Positions 51,500 to 63,455 of a DNA stretch of 64,000 nt are shown here, piece after piece. Both the position numbers and the translations under genes were made by a program. Below the pieces are notes generated by a model. The model was not told the DNA's origin. It searched no databases and saw nothing but the letters and a program-made list of their open reading frames with translations. The first letter of the stretch is position 1. Each line of letters opens with the position of its first letter. This DNA is from Lepidodermella squamata (lineage: Eukaryota; Animalia; Gastrotricha): the NCBI GenBank assembly GCA_047495785.1, contig JBLDXI010000029.1:1798001-1862000 (forward strand), given 5' to 3'.

Positions 51500-52300
51500 T
51501 TATTAACGGAACAACTAACTACTTATGAATCGGCGGAATAGGAGACCACGGAAAATGAATTATGAGCGGATATAACATGAACAGAAGGAAGAAACGGAAA
51601 GAACAGAGGGCAAAAGAAAGACTGGATCGAAGAAGAGAAGGAGCAGAGGGAGAGTGACGAAGACAGAGAGCGAGCCTGACGACTGGCGGTCATGGAGGAC
51701 GACTACTGGCGACTTCATCGTCGTTGGCGGACGTAAGCGGACGCCATCGATTTGCTCGCGAAGTGGCAGAACATGTCTACAGGCATTCTCGGCGTAGCGG
51801 AATTGAACTTGGGAGAAAAACTCATGAAAGCTGGGCAGGCGACACCGCCGCTCTAGATCGGTGATTCGAACGCGGTCAGCAAGGCGAACGTTGAGCATCG
51901 CACGCATGTACTTGTACTGGAGGACGTCGAGGCGGCGCAATTGTTGCTTTGCAGCTGACGAAAAGACGACGCAGCCGAAAGAGGCGATCGACCGGACGAG
52001 AGCGAGGTAGCTGGCACGACGCCAGCGGAAGGAGAGCCCAGGGTGCCGAACGTGGTACCAAGACAGATTTTACCCGCAGTGGCTCAGGGTGCGGTCCATG
52101 TGGGGCTTCCACGAGAGCTTCGCGTCTAAGTGAATGCCTAAGACGCGCAACACTGCAACCTTGAGGTATAGCGGAGCCGTTTAGCGTCAAATGCAAGGCT
52201 GGTGGTTGCCGCCCGAAAGCGAGTGCTTCACTTCTGGAGGCGTTGAACTGCTGACGCCAGCCACAGGAAGGCAGGAAGGCTGAAATAACCACAGGGATTG
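51500..52300 (-). mobile_element. 5'-truncated, frameshifted non-LTR retrotransposon (end of RT domain, thumb and 3' UTR)
   Basis: Fragments WRQQFNASRSEALAF...LTLNGSAIP and RRLDVLQYKYMRAMLNVRLADRVRITDLERRCRLPS are typical of the post-RT region of LINE ORF2. They are split across reading frames. Confidence 0.75.
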
Positions 52301-53323
52301 GAGGGGGCGCTTTTGTTTTTTACAAATTCGCATACTATACAAAAAGAATCATTTTTGGATAGGTTGGATCAACGGCAAGTCAGTTACTTTTATTCATCTT
52401 GAAGGTCACCGGGGAGGGGTTTCGTTGCTCCCTCGAAGCAGTTGTCGTCTCCGGCGCTTAGTTTTGGCGGAAGCCGCACAGCTTATCCGATTTTTCGAAC
52501 ACCAGTATTGGAAATAACATTGACATTTGGTGACAAGACTAAGGATTGATGAGCGGATCCTTATGAATTCACTCGATTATTCACTCCTCTCTTTCGAGCG
52601 TCTAGCAGTCTGACATTTCTGAGAAGGTAGCCTCGAAAACTACAAACAAACGAAACATTCGCCAGCATTATGGGAAAGCATAATAGCATGACGGCAGGCA
52701 GTTTATCACGTGAGTAGTTTATAGCTTATATTCGCTGACACGTTATGAACCGGCCTAACGTTTGATGCGTGAGAGCGCAGTTGAGGCTGTCCTGGAGGCG
52801 CATAGCTAACAAAACGCTCAGTTTTTACAGAAACCCGCTGGAGGGATGGCTCTGCACTCAACCTAAAACGGTTGCGAACGTTTGAAAATTATGTAATTAT
52901 CTCTAACCCCCACTCCATTAACGCTGTGGCAAATGCGTGGCAACAGCGGACGAAAGGTGCGCGGCCGAGCAGGCATCGAACCTTTGAGTTGAAACGAAGG
53001 GGGAACTTTCTCGATGTCACGCATGAGAATAATATAATGATAGCATGCCAGATGATGTCAGCCCAACACATGAACGCATTATAATTGCCAATTAGAAATG
53101 CAACCAACTCAATTGATTGCAACCACCATAAAAAAGATAGCGGGGACCAAGTTTTACAAAAAGTGCACATATTATGATAACATAATTTCCTACCATCGCC
53201 GATGTAATAAAAGAGAACCACTTTGGAACCCGGCTATAAAATGTGAGCTTTTTCCTTCTAAGCTAGTCAATTGCTCTTTTCAAACTCAACATTCAGCCTT
53301 TCTTGCAAACATTTCAGCCACAA

Positions 53324-54864
53324 ATGCCTTACTTTCACTTGACGATTCTCGCCGCGGCCCTTAGCTGTGTTGCTGCTTGCCCCGCTACGACAAATACAAC
53401 CCCATGCCCAGCTAGGTCGGTAACGGTTGCGGGCGCTTGTCCGACAGGTCAGAGCTGCCTAACCACTTCGAACCCATGTCCGATCGGTCAAAGCTGCCTG
53501 TCATCTGCTGTGACTTGCCCGGATGGTCAAATGTGTCTCACCGCATCGAATCCATGTCCAACTGATCAAAAGTGTCTCAATGCAGCTAATCCTTGCCCTT
53601 CTAGTAAAAGCTGCTTGCTAACATCGAATCCATGCGACACCGGTAAAGCCTGTTTGGACACAACCAATCCATGCCCCGCAGGCGAAACCTGTTTGGCCTC
53701 GGCTCCTCCTTCCTGCCCTGCAGGTCAAAGTTGCAAACTGGACTCGAACCCGTGTCCTTCTTCCCAAAGCTGCAAGGACAACACCAACCCTTGCTCCAGT
53801 GGTCTAAGCTGCTTGGCTTCGGCGCCACCCTCTTGCCCTGCTGGCCAGAGCTGCAAGGACAATTCCAACCCTTGCTCTAGTGGCCTAAGCTGTTTGGCTT
53901 CGGCGCCACCTTCTTGCCCTGCTGGTCAATCTTGCCAAGCGGCATCAACGGTACAATGCCTTGAAATATTTTTATTTCCGGAATTAATGCTCGTATTGTT
54001 GATTTGAGGGACAGGTAACAAACTTGGAGAGTTTTATTTCTATTTATATCAAACAGAATGCTACCGAAATCAGAATCGTTCTGCCATCGTGCTTAGACTG
54101 TTAACTATAAGCGATCACATTTTCACGTTTCATCTTGCGGGCAGAGTTTCAAATTTGCAGAATCCCAAAAATCGTTTTTCACTGGTCGCCTATATGACTT
54201 TGCCTATGATCTAACAAGCTTAAATATATGCTATGCTTATTTTAAATAGGTCCAATATCGAACCTGCATGATGACGACAAATGTGGGCACCTCGATTTAC
54301 TATTGCACAGGAAACGGTGGACAATGCAGTTCGCTCTTCACGTCGGGAGTAATGACTTTTCCTGTAAGTATCGATTGACTGAAGATGTAGGAATATATAG
54401 ATTTTCTTATTTCCTAAGATACCGGGAGCCGATGGAGCTAATTATTACTCGTCGTTTACAGAATGCTGCAATAATCTGAATGCGGATAAGACAAAAGTCC
54501 TGTACGATTACATACCTGGTTCCGCTGGCGCAGCCCCAACTGCAACTTGTGTATACCCCAAAAACACGACGCCTTACATATTGAGCAGTGCTGTGGCAAA
54601 CACTCTTCCTCTTTACTGCGTTCGCTTCCCGCACACTGCTGCTGCAAGTGGGTTCAAGGCTGCAAATTCGGGGGTGAGTGAAAAGCGTGGTAGAAGTTGA
54701 CATGAGACAGCATTTTACGGCTAAATTTCTTCTAGGGTGTTAATGCATTCGCATCGTTCGCTGAATGCTGTTCGGCTATTGCGCCAGCGGGCGTTTTTAC
54801 AATTGGTTCATTTGGTGTAGCTTATGGTAACAAACTCGAAGCTTGTTCGATAGCTGAATCGTGA
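53324..54864 (+). CDS. Secreted Cys-rich tandem-repeat (NPCP-x-GQSCL) protein
   Basis: TATA at ~53235; ATG at 53324 with a signal peptide; about 14 repeats of 13-14 aa. Phase-0 exons ~54250-54363, 54419-54674 and 54736-54864 give two SF.ECC modules. AATAAA lies at ~55102. Confidence 0.75.
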
Positions 54865-55141
54865 TCTCCTAACGGCGGCTTTATCAACCTTCGGTTCAAT
54901 GATTATCAAATAAGACCTGAACTGACGTTCCTTTGATTTGCACGCGACAAATTTCGAAATTATATATTCCACATATCAGACACTTCATTGCATTCAATTG
55001 CCCTTCAAATCGACAATTGCCCTTCAATTTTTCGGGCCCTTGCTAAGGTCGAAAAGTTCAATGCTTATCGTTTATCGTTGCATGTGTACTGTGTACAGCT
55101 GAATAAAATTGTTGAAAAATGCATACCGACTACCGTATACC

Positions 55142-56754
55142 TGTAGTGATTGAAAAAGACTAACTTAGCAAACTAATGACTTTTATTAACTATCTAACGT
55201 GCCTCCCAGAATAGGAATTTCTGGGCGTTTATAAACAGCTCTTGTTTACAACTGAAGGGCGAGGCGCGAGGCGGCACGCGACAAACAGGTGACGTTTGCA
55301 CCGCACTACAACACCTCCCCTTCTTATGAAAGAAATAGGACATCAATATTTACAAAAAATATTTACAAAATACAAACGGACACATGCGTAAGACATAGAT
55401 TAGGGTCAGCGTCAACGGTCGAATCAGTCTCGCCATCACCGGTATTTCGTTAACATCATCGCATTTAATCTCATTTGTTCGTCCTCCCAAGTAGCTTCCG
55501 ATTTTTACTATCCAAGTTCATTTCGGTATTCAAGTCACAAATCATGCAATCTTCAACATTCACGTAGCAATAGGAGACTTCAACGCTCGCCTGACGAAGG
55601 GTATATCCGCTTCAAGCGCTAACACCACCACATCAACGAGAAGTCGGAAAGGCGATAAAAGCGAATCAGCGAATTCAAAATTGAAGTAAAGCCATAAGTA
55701 GCAAGGATATCTTATGAATGAGCACGTGAAAAAATCAGCATTAATGGAGCGCACGTGGAAAAAGTGAATGGAACTACCTTCTCTTTCTATGATATAGTAT
55801 GGCGAAGAAGATTTTCAATGAATAGAGCATAACTTCGAGAGCAACAAGACACAATATTATGAAAATAATTTTCCTAAAGTTTTCATCATGAATGAGTTCG
55901 ATCAGTACCTTATAGAGCTCGCCTGGGCTTTGCTCAGTTGAAGAATTCGTCGGCGTACCGGACTGCGTGATTGCTTCCACCGGGGCAGCACCGGTTCGAC
56001 GGGCTTCGCAGCATTCCTGACATGCTTGACAACGGCGACGGATGTCACTGTACATCAGCGGGTACCAATAGCGAGTGCGAACGCGGCTTGTCGTTTTGCG
56101 TGCGTCGAGATGTCGACCGTTCGAAGTGACGTGGTGTCGAGACCAGACCTCGAATTTGAGTCGATCAGGAACCAGCAGGCAGGCTCGGGGTATCAATCGG
56201 TCATGAACCGTGATAAACCAGATGCCATCGTCGGCTTGGAACATGTCATCAGCTGATTGCGCGACAACGACTTCGGCCCAGTGAGTGGAGTGAGCTGCTA
56301 AATAATCGATGTGTTCAAAGTTGTTAATTTTCAAAAGTGAAAGAACTAAGCGGTAAGCAGGGTCTTCTTCTTGTAGCTGAGCCAGGATATCTGGTTTCCA
56401 CCAATCAGGGCGACGCCTCTTCCTCCAACGTTGACTGTCGTCGACACGGGATAGACAGGGCTCGACGGGAGCGTCGATAGAGCCGTAGCAGTACACGGGC
56501 CCGCTTGGTTGGCCAGCATAACCGTAGTCCATACCGACACGATTCCAGAGTCGAACGAAGGCCGGGCCCCCAGTGGCCACCAAAATGTAGTGATTGAAAA
56601 AGACTAACTTAGCAAACTAATGACTTTTATTAACTATCTAACGTGCCTCCCAGAATAGGAATTTCTGGGCGTTTATAAACAGCTCTTGTTTACAACTGAA
56701 GGGCGAGGCGCGAGGCGGCACGCGACAAACAGGTGACGTTTGCACCGCACTACA
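55142..56754 (-). mobile_element. Young non-autonomous Gypsy-type mini LTR retroelement (1613 bp)
   Basis: Identical 169-bp LTRs at 55142-55310 and 56586-56754 (TGTAGTG...CACTACA); 4-bp TSD TACC; PBS-like TGGTGGCCACTGGGG 3 nt inside the 5' LTR (minus strand); PPT AAGAAGGGGAGG next to the 3' LTR; TATA and AATAAA within the LTR. Confidence 0.95.
55774..56532 (-). CDS. LTR-element ORF: Gypsy integrase H2C2 zinc-binding domain plus C-terminal transmembrane anchor
   Basis: First ATG at 56532 (252 aa). Contains LQEEDP (pre-integrase motif) and LLVP...HH...GRHL..KT..RVRTRYWYPLMYSDIRRRCQACQEC, then a Ser/Thr linker and IIFIILCLVALEVMLYSLKIFFAILY-HRKRR. There is no DDE core. Confidence 0.8.
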   Translation of the reverse strand: MDYGYAGQPSGPVYCYGSIDAPVEPCLSRVDDSQRWRKRRRPDWWKPDILAQLQEEDPAYRLVLSLLKINNFEHIDYLAAHSTHWAEVVVAQSADDMFQADDGIWFITVHDRLIPRACLLVPDRLKFEVWSRHHVTSNGRHLDARKTTSRVRTRYWYPLMYSDIRRRCQACQECCEARRTGAAPVEAITQSGTPTNSSTEQSPGELYKVLIELIHDENFRKIIFIILCLVALEVMLYSLKIFFAILYHRKRR

Positions 56755-58015
56755 TACCCTAACGAAAATTTGTACAGAACAGTTTTGGTTTTTCCGAGTT
56801 TTCCGAGTTTGTTTTCGGAATTTTCTCGGAATGATATCGGAATGTTATAGGAATTTTAGATAAAAAAACGAATCTGAAATATCCCAATTTATGAAGAAAC
56901 GTTTCCATCCATTCAGTATTCAGATACTGACAAGTTTTGCTGAGGTTAAATACCGTAAAATTCAAAATAAGAGCGCGAGGGTCTCCATTTTCTAAGCCAC
57001 TAAAACCGAACAGTACGAATCTGCAAGGAAAAGCGACTGGTCCACCTGGCAACAGCCATGTGGAAGTGCAGCAGGGATCCCGAGGCCCCCGATGCACTCT
57101 CCTCGCTAGTCAAGCCGATTAACCAACAGCATGACCACAACACTCGTCTTGCAGCCATCACTCAGTCGAAATGCAGGATAAATGATCAAAGTTAGGTAAT
57201 TCATCCGTAGCAGGCTATATCCTGCAGTCAGTTCAAAAATTGTCACGCGCGGGAAAGTTCTACGTCCAATTTGATAGCATATAAGGTAGTTTTCAAAAGT
57301 TTGAAAAACTATTAGGGATGCTCAAATTTCTAGCCAAAAGTGACTCATCAGAAAGATCGCATGTACAAATATCACTTAAACCGCGTATTTATAGTCCATT
57401 GAAAGATCTAGATTAGAATCTTCCGGAATGTTGGCATAGTGCCAGTTTGGCCGGATGCCAAAATCGGTGCATTCTCGACAAATAAGGAACAATTAAAAGC
57501 CTTTAGAAGGTGCCTTAAGCATCACTATTGCTAAGGAATCGCAGAGAAAGCAATGAAATCAGATTTTATTTCAGGCTATGACTTGGCAATTCTCGATGCA
57601 TGTCTGCATGGAAGTTGAGATACCCACCAAGTTTTGTCGCAAAGTAAAAGAACATCAGTCGCGAGGTCAGCGCATGTTTCTCGTTACGTTGCAATGCACT
57701 GACACTACGATGGTCGCTGTCGATCAATCATTCGCAACAAAATCAGCTAATCAGTCGAGTCATAAAAGGTGATTAGGTAAGTCTAAGAACAGATAAAGGC
57801 ATAGTAGCGATATATAAAATTCTCGCTTTTACAGTTGATCATTTCCACCTGACATTAGCTATATTCTGGTTATAACACGAGTCTTGTTACTTGGCAATGC
57901 CTATCAGCATAGTAGGTGCTGAAGAAATACATTTCAATCGATAGTTCGCTACAAAATAAGCCATTCAAACATGTTATAGGTACATTTTTGTTGGGGATTG
58001 TCCAAGAACGCAAAA

Positions 58016-60415
58016 ATGAATCAACGATCTCAAAATGCACGCTTTCACAGTTCATCAGTTTCATTACATTTCCACATGTCATTTGCTATATTCTCCTATT
58101 TGCCGACAATAGCAAAGACTCAAATTCACTTTGCAATTATATATTTGCTGGGGTTTTGCGCTGGTGAAGCAACTGCATTGAAGCAGCAACGCCTTAGAAT
58201 TGTAGCATTATATCCGCTATCAGATGCCAGCCCTTATGGGCTAAAGGTTTATCCAGCCTCACAACAAATGCTTGTCGATATGGTGAACAACCGCAGCGAT
58301 ATACTGCCTGACTACCACGTAGAACTGGACTTCGTCGACGAAGGTCCGAATTCAGCGTTAGCAGCTTCTGTGGCTATTAATGCTTTGAGAAAGGTCGATG
58401 AACCAGGTGTTACGGTGTCACCGGTGGTGGTAGGAACGTGGGCCACGCCAGGCTGCAAAGCATTGGGGTCGACTGCCCACTTCATGAATGCTATCGTGGT
58501 AGCCATGAGTTGTTACTCGTCCATTCACACTGGCCGTCGCGATATCTACCCGAATTTATACCGAATAAAGTCAGACTCGCAAATCGATCAAATGGCCCGG
58601 CTTGTAGCGATGAAATCCCTCGGTAAATGGTCACGTATTGCGATTTTATCAACCGTAAGTGGAGGATCTGGGAATCCAGCTAGCTTCGACAATTCTCTCT
58701 CGCTGTTCAAATTGGCTGTAAAAGCTGGCTTGAACGTTGTGAGATTCGAAACGGCGGTAGATTTCAGTGCTGAAATTTATGATGCTTTGATCACGGAGAA
58801 CGTTCGAATTATCAGCATCGACCTATCCGATTACACCAATGTCGTCCGAACTCTTTGCCGTTTTCACAAATTCGGTATCAGAGGACCGAGATATAGATTC
58901 TTGAGTTCTCTTACTTACTTCAATGACCCCTCAGTATTACCTGCAACGTGGCTTCCCGATGGCTGTACGAAAGCCAATTACATGGATCAATTGGAGATAA
59001 CAATTTTCACTGGCGCTGGTTATTCATCACTCTTACCTTACAAAGGGAAAGATTCAATGGGGTTAACTGTTGCAGATTTCGAAGAGAGGCTAGGTAAAAT
59101 GACGAATTATTCAAAATGGATAGATTATCCATTCAGAGAGTCCAGTTACGACACAGCTTTGATGGGTTTGTTAATTCTCAACGATACCGAGAGAATTCTT
59201 AAAAATCGCAATATGTCTCTCAGAGATTATTTGCGAGATCCTCACACTGTAATGATGGCCGCTAATGAGAGCGCTAGCTCGATCAAATATAATGGAAGAC
59301 GATTTGGTCGATTCGAGTATAGCCAACGACTCGAAATGGACTACCAACCGCAAGTAATAGCTACATGGTCCCGAAAATCAGGCTTGGAAGAACGATATGA
59401 GGTCACATTTATGAAGAATGCATCAAACATCGAATCAGTTGATTCGTTTAGAGTTGACCCTGTCAAACCTTTTGACATCGATTCGCTGCCGCATGACAGC
59501 CCATTTTACGTAACCCTACAGTACGGAACTTCAGAGCCGGCTTTTGCTGTCATTGCTGCAATAGCTTCACTGGTTTCCGTGGTACAGCTTGGCTACAGTG
59601 TTCGTACAAGGAAAGTCGAGAGCGTGATAAAGGCAAAACCTCTGCTACTCGCTGGCTTCCTGGCAATGAATTCAGGAGCTGTCACTATTTTGGTCCCGTC
59701 ACTAAGTCTGAATGATGCTGTTTGCAACGCAAATGTTCTCCTGATCGCTTTCGGTATCTCTGGGGTTTACTCAGCGGTCATCTTTCAGCTCAAAGAAAGC
59801 TTTGATAATTTGAGTAGAATTGTTGTACCTAAAACAAAAACTACGTTGATTGCGAAAGCACCCAAGTTGGTTCTTAGCGAAAAGCGAATCCTTTATTCTG
59901 TCTTCATTTTCGTTGTTTTTAATGCTGTCGTCGTCATTGCATGGCTGATCGCCGATCCGATATCAGCCGAGAGAACTGATCCTGATAAGACAAAATGGTA
60001 TTCCGAAGAAACGGACACGTACTTCCGTAGTTACCAAGCTTTCTGCACTTCATATTTCGCTCTATATTGGCTAGCGCCTATTATGCTGTTCAATTTTCTT
60101 CTACTACTCTACGGGTCAGTATTGATAGTTAAACATCATGCGGATCGGCTGCTGCAATATTATTTCGATGTTAAGCGACTAATGGTTGCAACAATTTTTT
60201 TGTTCACCATTTTCTCTGCGACTGTTTTGATTTGCTTCATTGAGGCTCAAATCACAATGGTGGCTGCGACTATATCAATATCTCTATTGTTTCAATCCTT
60301 GGTGGTTTTCGGTATTCTCCATCTGCGAATTCTCCAGGAGACACAAAAACCAAAGCTAAGCATTCGGGCTAGTGTTAATCAGTTTGTGGGTCGCCCATCA
60401 TTTATTCACGCTTGA
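58016..60415 (+). CDS. Intronless class C GPCR, GABA-B-like architecture (Venus flytrap + 7TM, no Cys-rich domain)
   Basis: VNNRSDILPDYHVEL and YPNLYR ANF-receptor motifs; seven hydrophobic helices; WLIADP after TM4. The start could be 58016 or 58076. Confidence 0.85.
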   Translation: MNQRSQNARFHSSSVSLHFHMSFAIFSYLPTIAKTQIHFAIIYLLGFCAGEATALKQQRLRIVALYPLSDASPYGLKVYPASQQMLVDMVNNRSDILPDYHVELDFVDEGPNSALAASVAINALRKVDEPGVTVSPVVVGTWATPGCKALGSTAHFMNAIVVAMSCYSSIHTGRRDIYPNLYRIKSDSQIDQMARLVAMKSLGKWSRIAILSTVSGGSGNPASFDNSLSLFKLAVKAGLNVVRFETAVDFSAEIYDALITENVRIISIDLSDYTNVVRTLCRFHKFGIRGPRYRFLSSLTYFNDPSVLPATWLPDGCTKANYMDQLEITIFTGAGYSSLLPYKGKDSMGLTVADFEERLGKMTNYSKWIDYPFRESSYDTALMGLLILNDTERILKNRNMSLRDYLRDPHTVMMAANESASSIKYNGRRFGRFEYSQRLEMDYQPQVIATWSRKSGLEERYEVTFMKNASNIESVDSFRVDPVKPFDIDSLPHDSPFYVTLQYGTSEPAFAVIAAIASLVSVVQLGYSVRTRKVESVIKAKPLLLAGFLAMNSGAVTILVPSLSLNDAVCNANVLLIAFGISGVYSAVIFQLKESFDNLSRIVVPKTKTTLIAKAPKLVLSEKRILYSVFIFVVFNAVVVIAWLIADPISAERTDPDKTKWYSEETDTYFRSYQAFCTSYFALYWLAPIMLFNFLLLLYGSVLIVKHHADRLLQYYFDVKRLMVATIFLFTIFSATVLICFIEAQITMVAATISISLLFQSLVVFGILHLRILQETQKPKLSIRASVNQFVGRPSFIHA

Positions 60416-60816
60416 TTAATCAGCGTTTAAAACATGGCATCTATTAGGCTAGGAGTCAGTTATTAATTGTTGAGATATGCCTGGAAGTGTACGGATACTA
60501 ATGAATAATGAAATAAGAAATAAATTATAGACGTCCATTTTGGTTTCTACTACCATGAGACATGAGACTGCCTATTTCTGGATTGCTTCTCGGCACCCGT
60601 CCACTTGAACTCATCTAATGGGTTATTTTTATTTATTTTGGCTAATGATGTTCTTCCGAATTAGCTTTGCGTGAATCCTTCGGTAATGACGTATCCAATT
60701 TTGACCCATATTTGGACAGATTTAGATTAATTTCCTGTCCTCTCTTTATTCATCTATTTCCTTGAAAGATCTACATCACATCAGATTTAACAACCATCAG
60801 CGTATTTTTCGGAACT

Positions 60817-63090
60817 CTAGGTTGTAGAAAAACGACTCACTATTAAATAATGATGCTTGTAATAAAGAAGAAAACTGCAAGATGAAGAAAGTATCACAAG
60901 ACCTATGACTAACATTAAATCTTGCATGAGATTGGATGGAGCGATAAACTCCATGGCAACCGTTGCTACAAAAAAGGAGAACGAGAAAGTTGCCGTCAGC
61001 ATCAAGCGTTTAACGTCTGGATAATGCTCTATCGCTGAGGTATGCCGAAGTGTCAACGTTAGCGCAATGCTAGCTAAAAGAAACAAAGTGTTTAACGCAA
61101 TGAGTCCACTAAGCCAGTTTTTCGAATTCTCAGACGTGCATATGACCACTTCCTGCGAAGAGTATCTGTCCTCCTTAACGTCATAATATCGATTTACTAA
61201 GCTTCTCCGTGCTTCTAACGGATCTGCAATCAGCCAAGCTATCGAAATTCCAAAGCCTAGCAGGGTAAGAAGAGATGGCCACTTGACGTATTGTCTTTCA
61301 TCTAATTTGAAGGGCGGAATGCGTTTCACTTTGCCGAGAATGTCCTTGTCTATCCGCACGAATCGCAAAAAGTTGAGAGCTGCGTACAAGCGAGTGATCA
61401 ATCCTGAGTTGAATGCTGTAATACCCATGACCACGAAAAGCATACCCGCCCGACACATAGCGTTGGATCGATATGGCGAAGAACTAGCTGAAAGAATTGC
61501 GCCAATGTTGATGACGAGGAAACTCACGAAAAAATACAGGTCTTTCAGGTTGGAACGGTCTTTCCGTTTCAACAACGGCTCGAAAATAAATTTCCAGCCT
61601 ATAAACCATGTTTGGCGCAATATCATCACAGAAATAGCCACGGAAAAGAAGATGAAGACTGATGTTGGGATTCCACCCTCTGTGATAAGCTCAGTGGCGC
61701 GATCGCTAGGGAAAAATGTATCTGGAGATACTCCTTCGAAAATATAGCTTCCGAAATCCGAAGTATTGCCGGCACTTTTTGAATAGATCAATCGGTATTT
61801 TGTTTGAAGCCCTGATACTGATCTCCAGGACGCTACAACCTGAGTTTCCTCATCAACTTCAAGCCGCCATGAGTAGCGGAACCTTCCGTGCCGCAGATCG
61901 TTGAAATCGATAGCTGCAGCGCTGTAATTAACTGCGGATGCTATTTTCGAAGGATGCATGCTGTATTCTCTTAGGCTTGAATTCGTTCGTTGAAGAATCG
62001 TCTCCGCTTTATCGAGTATCAACAAGGCTTGTAAAGCTACGTCGTAGCATAAGTGCCGGAACTGTCTGTCTGAGGCGAGGGTATTCATCTCAATCCCCGC
62101 GTACATTGTTTCGAACTCATCGACAGAGTGCCCTAAACTTGTCCGAGATGAATCATTGAATCTTATAGGAGAGTACGGTGAACCAATAAATGAGGTGATT
62201 TCCAATTGTTCATTAAAGATATCTCGACCGCAGTCAGAGGGGAAGGTTGAGTCTGGCAGAGATTCTGGATCGACGTAGATAGTCATTTCAACTAGGAAGC
62301 GATATCGCGATCCGCGGAAACCATTGTTATAGGCTGCACAGAGAAAAGATAGCAGCTGTTTTAGGTCTCCCGATTCAAAATCTATAATCCGAACTTCAGA
62401 GTCTTTCAAAGCGTTGAAGACTTGAGTTTCCGACATCAATGTGCTGTCAACCTCTATCACCTCAATTCCAGCAAGATAAGCAAATTTGACGAACATAGCA
62501 GTCAACTCGTGACCCAAACCAGTGGATGTAACGGCGGCAATCCTTCCCCACTTAGCGATTTCTGTGATGTAGCGAACTCGTGTAAGCAAGGCCAAATCGA
62601 TAGGTCCTCGAGTGGAATACAAATTCGGGAATTCCTTCCTGTTAGCTGTGTTAGATGGCGATCTGCAGCCCATTGTCAGCATTACCATGCCAATCTGTGA
62701 GACAACTCGACCCCAGCTGTTGCAACCTGGGGTGTAATAAGGTCCAATATTCAGCGGGGATATGGTGGCATTAGGGTCATTCCAAGAACTTTGCAAGAAT
62801 GCAAAGGCTTTGCTAATGGCATAGCTGGACGACGGTCCTTCATCTTGGAAATCGAACTTCACATGGTAATTGGGCAAAATATCGGTCCGCTTATTGACGA
62901 TATTAGCTACAAGTTGTTGTGTCGCCATGCATGTTTGAAAGTTGATCGGACCAGAGCCAGTTAGGGGTAGAAATGATAGAACAGTCAATTTACTAGGTTT
63001 CTTTTGGACAGCCGACTCGCTCGAGGCAGTCAAAGCGAGTCCGGATAAGGTCAATAAAGCAGAGATCATTTCTAGTTCTATCTCTCGCAT
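60817..63090 (-). CDS. Intronless class C GPCR, GABA-B-like architecture, paralog
   Basis: Signal peptide; VNKRTDILPNYHVKF and FPNLYS motifs; 7TM region with WLIADP and DVKRLM. The start is 63090 or 63069. Confidence 0.85.
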   Translation of the reverse strand: MREIELEMISALLTLSGLALTASSESAVQKKPSKLTVLSFLPLTGSGPINFQTCMATQQLVANIVNKRTDILPNYHVKFDFQDEGPSSSYAISKAFAFLQSSWNDPNATISPLNIGPYYTPGCNSWGRVVSQIGMVMLTMGCRSPSNTANRKEFPNLYSTRGPIDLALLTRVRYITEIAKWGRIAAVTSTGLGHELTAMFVKFAYLAGIEVIEVDSTLMSETQVFNALKDSEVRIIDFESGDLKQLLSFLCAAYNNGFRGSRYRFLVEMTIYVDPESLPDSTFPSDCGRDIFNEQLEITSFIGSPYSPIRFNDSSRTSLGHSVDEFETMYAGIEMNTLASDRQFRHLCYDVALQALLILDKAETILQRTNSSLREYSMHPSKIASAVNYSAAAIDFNDLRHGRFRYSWRLEVDEETQVVASWRSVSGLQTKYRLIYSKSAGNTSDFGSYIFEGVSPDTFFPSDRATELITEGGIPTSVFIFFSVAISVMILRQTWFIGWKFIFEPLLKRKDRSNLKDLYFFVSFLVINIGAILSASSSPYRSNAMCRAGMLFVVMGITAFNSGLITRLYAALNFLRFVRIDKDILGKVKRIPPFKLDERQYVKWPSLLTLLGFGISIAWLIADPLEARRSLVNRYYDVKEDRYSSQEVVICTSENSKNWLSGLIALNTLFLLASIALTLTLRHTSAIEHYPDVKRLMLTATFSFSFFVATVAMEFIAPSNLMQDLMLVIGLVILSSSCSFLLYYKHHYLIVSRFSTT

Positions 63091-63455
63091 GAGAACTAGT
63101 AATGAGTTCGAATGTGAGATAGAGTCGTGAATTTGTAGGATCAAGTTTCCACCCGACAAATTTCCACTTAAGGATCTATTTCGACGCGTCTGTGATTACT
63201 CTGCAAGAATTTACTATCAGCAGCAACACAAGCGTCATTGGATAATCAGTGAATCGCCAGCTTATGAATTCACATTTCTGTCCGTGACTTTTTGCAATTC
63301 TTCTTCTTTATTTAAACTAATGTTCCCTTCTTTTCAGGATCTTTTTTCTTATATTTAAATCCTAGCTGAAACAGCATCAAGTTAGCTTTCTCATCATTAC
63401 AAACAGAAACAGAATCAGAGTGAAACGAAACAGAAGAATTACTTCGCAGTTATTT

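Noticed and set aside
52400-52480. GC-rich stem-loop with GAAAC on the minus strand, considered as a hammerhead or HDV-like ribozyme
   Set aside because: The CUGANGA core is absent and no convincing pseudoknot could be built by eye.
55560-55754. Second small ORF inside the LTR element
   Set aside because: Only 64 aa, with a non-ATG start and no recognisable motif; it cannot be supported without other copies.
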